Shown here: positions 60,208-64,000 of the stretch, in pieces
How the letters are laid out: the number at the start of each line of letters is the position of its first letter
Numbering within the stretch: position 1 is the first letter of the stretch
Source of the DNA: Squalus acanthias
Lineage: Eukaryota
Direction: 5' to 3'
Assembly: GCA_030390025.1 (NCBI GenBank)
Contig: CM059432.1
Location: 72,666,001 to 72,730,000, forward strand
Length of the DNA: 64,000 nucleotides
Translations under genes and position numbers: made by a program
Notes under the pieces: model-generated
What the model was told of the DNA's origin: nothing
Database searches by the model: none
What the model saw: the letters and a program-made list of their open reading frames with translations, nothing else

Positions 60208-62380
60208 CTAAGTAAAGAAATTAAGGATAGTATTCGACTAAAAACAAGGGCATATAAGGTAGCGAAATCTAGTGGGAGGACAGAGGATTGGGAAAACTTT
60301 AAAAGGCAGCAAAAAATAACAAAAAGATTGATTAAGAAAGGGAAGATAGATTATGAAAGTAAATTAGCAAAAAATATAAAAACAGATAGTAAGAGTTTTT
60401 ATAGTCATATAAAAAGAAAAAGGGTGGCTAAAGTAAATGTTGGTCCCTTAGAGGATGAGACCGGGAAATTAATGGTGGGAAATATGGAGATGGCAAAAAC
60501 ACTGAATGAATATTTTGTATCAGTCTTTACAGTAGAGGACACTAAGAATATCCCAACACTGGACAAACAGGGGGCTATAGGGGGAGAGGAGCTAAACACG
60601 ATCAAAATCACTAAGGAAGTGGTACTCGGTAAAATAATGGGACTCAAGGCGGATAAATCACCTGGACCTGATGGCTTACATCCTAGAGTCTTGAAGGAAG
60701 TGGCGGTAGGGATTGTAGATGCATTGGTAATAATTTTTCAAAACTCCCTGGATTCCGCTAAGGTCCCGGCAGACTGGAAAACTGCTAATGTAACACCCTT
60801 ATTTAAAAAGGGCAGTAGACAGAAGGCTGGTAACTATAGACCGGTTAGCCTAACATCTGTGGTAGGTAAAATTTTGGAGTCCATTATTAAGGAAACAGTA
60901 ACAGGACATTTGGATAATCATAATTTAATAGGACAAAGTCAGCATGGTTTTACGAAGGGGAAGTCATGTTTGACAAATTTGCTGGAGTTCTTTGAGGAAG
61001 TAACATATAGAGTGGATAAAGGGGAACCAGTGGACGTAGTGTATTTAGACTTCCAAAAGGCATTTGACAAGGTGCCACACAAAAGATTATTGCTTAAGGT
61101 AAAAAATCACGGGATTGGGGGTAATATTCTGGCATGGATAGAGGATTGGCTATCTAACAGAAAGCAAAGAGTTGGGATAAATGGTTCATTCTCAGACTGG
61201 CAATCAGTAACTAGTGGTGTTCCACAGGGGTCAGTGCTGGGTCCCCAACTCTTTACAATCTATATTAACGATTTGGAGGAAGGGACCAAGTGTAACATAT
61301 CAAAATTTGCAGATGATACAAAGATGGGAGGGAAAGTAGTGAGTGAGGAGGACATAAAAAACCTGCAAGGGGACATAGACAGGCTAAGTAAGTGGGCAGA
61401 GATTTGGCAGATGGAATACAACACTGGAAAGTGTGAGGTGATGCACTTTGGCAGGAAAAATCCTAGAGCAATTTATTATCTTAATGGCAAGAAACTGGAG
61501 AGTACTGAAGTGCAAAGGGATCTGGGGGTCCTGGTGCACGAAACTCAAAAGGTTAGTATGCAGGTGCAGCAAGTGATTAAGAAGGCAAATGGAATGTTGG
61601 CTTTCATTGCTAGGGGGATAGAATATAAAAATAGGGAGGTATTGCTTCAGTTGTACAAGGTATTGGTGAGACCGCACCTGGAATACTGCATACAGTTTTG
61701 GTGTCCTTACTTAAGGAAAGACATCCTTGCTCTCGAGGCAGTGCAAAAAAGGTTCACTCGGTTAATCCCGGGGATGAGGGGGTGGTCATATGAGGAGAGG
61801 TTGGGTAGATTGGGACTCTACTCATTGGAGTTCAGAAGAATGAGAGGCGATCTTATTGAAACATATAAGATTGTGAAGGGGCTTGATCGGGTGGATGCGG
61901 GGAGGATGTTCCCGATGACGGGTGAGACGAGAACTAGGGGACATAGTCTTAGAATAAGGGGCTGTTCTTTCAAAACTGAGATGAGGAGGAACTACTTCAC
62001 TCAGAGGGTGGTAGGTCCATGGAATATGCTGCCACAAAAAGCTGTAGAAGCTACAACATTAATTAAATTTAAAACAGAAATAGACAGTTTCCTAGAAGTA
62101 AAGGGCATTAAGGGTTACGGGGAGCGGGCAGGAATTTGGACATGAGTCTAGGTTCGGATCGGTCATGGCCCTGTGGGTAGTGGAGCGGGCCCAGGGACCG
62201 TGTAACCTGATTCTGCTCCTATTTCGTGTGTGCAATTCTGTTAGATGCAGGAGATGGTTCTGTGATAGATAGTAGATTGGCGGTTAGGATCAGATCAGCC
62301 ATGATCTTATTGAATGGCGGAGCAGGCTCGAGGGGCCGATTGGCCTACTCCTGCTCCTATTTCTTATGTTCTTATGTTCT
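60208..62380 (+). mobile_element. Young 5'-truncated CR1 LINE with an uninterrupted ORF2 fragment (60196-62145, 649 aa, RT domain)
   Basis: KSPGPDGLHPRVLKE, NYRPVSLTS, YLDFQKAFDKVPH, SGVPQGSVLGP, KFADDTK with no stops; (ttcttatg)n tail. Confidence 0.96.
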
Positions 62381-63641
62381 TACCACCATTCTGAGGGGGG
62401 GGGGGGGTGGCCTTACCACCATTCTGAGGGGGGGAGGGAGAGAAGGTGTGAGGGTGGAAGCACGGGAATTGGGACAGACTTGGTCGAGGGTCTTGTCTAT
62501 AATGGCATGGAATTCTCAGCTGAAGAAAAAGGACATTTTGGAAGCTTTGGTGTGGAAGATGACATCATCAGAACAGATGCAATGGAGATGGAGAAACTGG
62601 AGAAAGGAATGGAGCCCTTGCATGAAATGGGGTGAGAAGTATAATCCAGGTGGTTGTAAGAGTCAGTGGACTTGTAATAGATGTCAGTGGAAGGCTCATT
62701 GCCAGAGAAGAGACGTCCAGGAAGCAAAATTAATTACATTCTCTAGATCAAGGTGAGAGCCGGAAGCAGAACCAACACATTCATCATGTAATGGAAAAGA
62801 GATCAGGGAAAGGGACCTGCTGTACATGATTAAATTGATCTGATGTGTGGCGCACACAGCCCAGTTATATTTTTAAAAATTGATCTACATTTTATTTAAA
62901 TCTGCAGTGGTTGGGGAAGGGAAAAGTGGTGGGATGGAGACGAAAAATAAATCTGTGTTTAAGGCTCTTGAGGTGAAAGATGGCTGCTAAATGTATATTG
63001 TAAAATTGTGTACAAAGTATTCAAAAAAGCAGCCTCATTAAATATAGTGTATCGAGTAAAAAAGGAAAAAATTAAGAGACTCACTTCCATGTCGTTGGTT
63101 TAGCCTAGGAATAGTTTATTTTTGAATTGCACTAATGATGTCCTGTGATGCTAAAGAAATGTATTAAATCTGTTATTTTACAATAAATGACACAGACCAT
63201 GGTGGTTTGAAAGTAAGGCAGACTTAAATGATCATTATTGTTATGCTAAATTTCTGGGGCTTGTTTGAATTCAGAATTGATTATTTGATGACATTAAGTC
63301 TGATATTACTGGCACTGTGTATAAAAATTAGAAAACATCATTGTAAAGGTTTGATGCAAATTGTCTGGTGTGGTGCAAGATTTTCCTTTTTTTTTTGAAT
63401 AGGTCTGTTTTGAGATTTTTTCTGTTAAAGGTGCTATATAAATACAAGTTGTTACGGTGACCTGGCAAATTATTAAGGAGGTGGCTTTTTCAGGAAGTGA
63501 TCTTGCCCAAAAGTTTCAAATGAAATAATTCTGTAAATATCTCTACTCTACCTCCCACCATCACCCAAAAGAAAAGCTTAATACAAATTTGATAGCACAA
63601 CCTGATAGTGTGGTGTCATTTTTATTTCCTTTCCTTAATAG

Positions 63642-63701
63642 TTCTTGCTGTGTCTGGCAAAGTAGCGACTGTTTTGCACCTGGGTGATGTATCAACTGAG
63701 G
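63642..63701 (+). other. Candidate 60-nt internal exon of the gene started at the CpG island
   Basis: Polypyrimidine acceptor ttttatttcctttccttaatag and donor GAGG|GTAAGG; product not recognised. Confidence 0.4.
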
Positions 63702-64000
63702 GTAAGGGTGCAAATGAGCTGTTCTGAGGCTAATAATGTTCCTAATACCTACTAGGTGGTGTGTGACAACTTTCTTGTGTAGAGGCTCAATCTTTATTTA
63801 CATTTAATAATGTAGATATGGAGTATTGCAATATTTGTTACAGTGCATAGTTCCATTCCAACGTATCTGAATGCTGCAAGGTCAGCTACTGCCCGTATTT
63901 TTCACATGCCAAGTCCTGCTTGCCCATTATCCCTGTCTTCATTGACCTACTTTGGTTTCTAGTCTCCCAGTGCTTCAATTTAAAGTTCTCATCCTTGTGT

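Larger units (their letters stand above)
58372..62850 (-). mobile_element. Decayed Penelope-like element (inverted pseudo-LTR pieces at 58372-58620, RT/GIY-YIG body), interrupted by a MITE and a CR1
   Basis: Minus-strand remnants PCKHRRCNTCPF..QVPKQLFQVRQQF, YIGETKHRLG, STDIYYKSTDSYNHLDYTSHP. Confidence 0.8.

Noticed and set aside
60196..62145. Autonomous active CR1
   Set aside because: The ORF is open but 5'-truncated: no ORF1, no endonuclease domain and no true start codon.

Overview
Eukaryotic, repeat-rich vertebrate DNA, most likely a cartilaginous fish (inferred from an HE1/V-SINE, shark-type CR1 3' tails, a Deu-domain SINE and Penelope elements). The one clear host gene is a CYP7A1-like cholesterol 7-alpha-hydroxylase on the + strand: exons 2-6 at 12772-13012, 20245-20855, 31485-31615, 35689-35867 and 37802-38095, all GT-AG and in frame. 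Exon 1 was not found. Its B-C region is divergent, and a decayed copy of the end of exon 6 lies 3.3 kb downstream. The window is dominated by PIF/Harbinger DNA transposons: three two-gene elements with both ends (20973-25998, 43524-46822, 47583-51689), each a DDE transposase convergent with a 3-exon Myb/SANT + coiled-coil gene, plus partial copies and about ten MITEs with 3-bp TSDs. All are disabled. Other repeats are a decayed Gypsy element, RTE, CR1 and L2 LINEs (one 649-aa open CR1 ORF2 fragment), Penelope elements with minimal hammerhead-ribozyme motifs, and a 3.2-kb patterned (CCAAT)n satellite in intron 2. A CpG-island, probably bidirectional, promoter with tandem RFX X-box-like motifs sits at about 57.6-58.35 kb. 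No prokaryotic-type systems are present. All calls come from reading the sequence; no database search was run.
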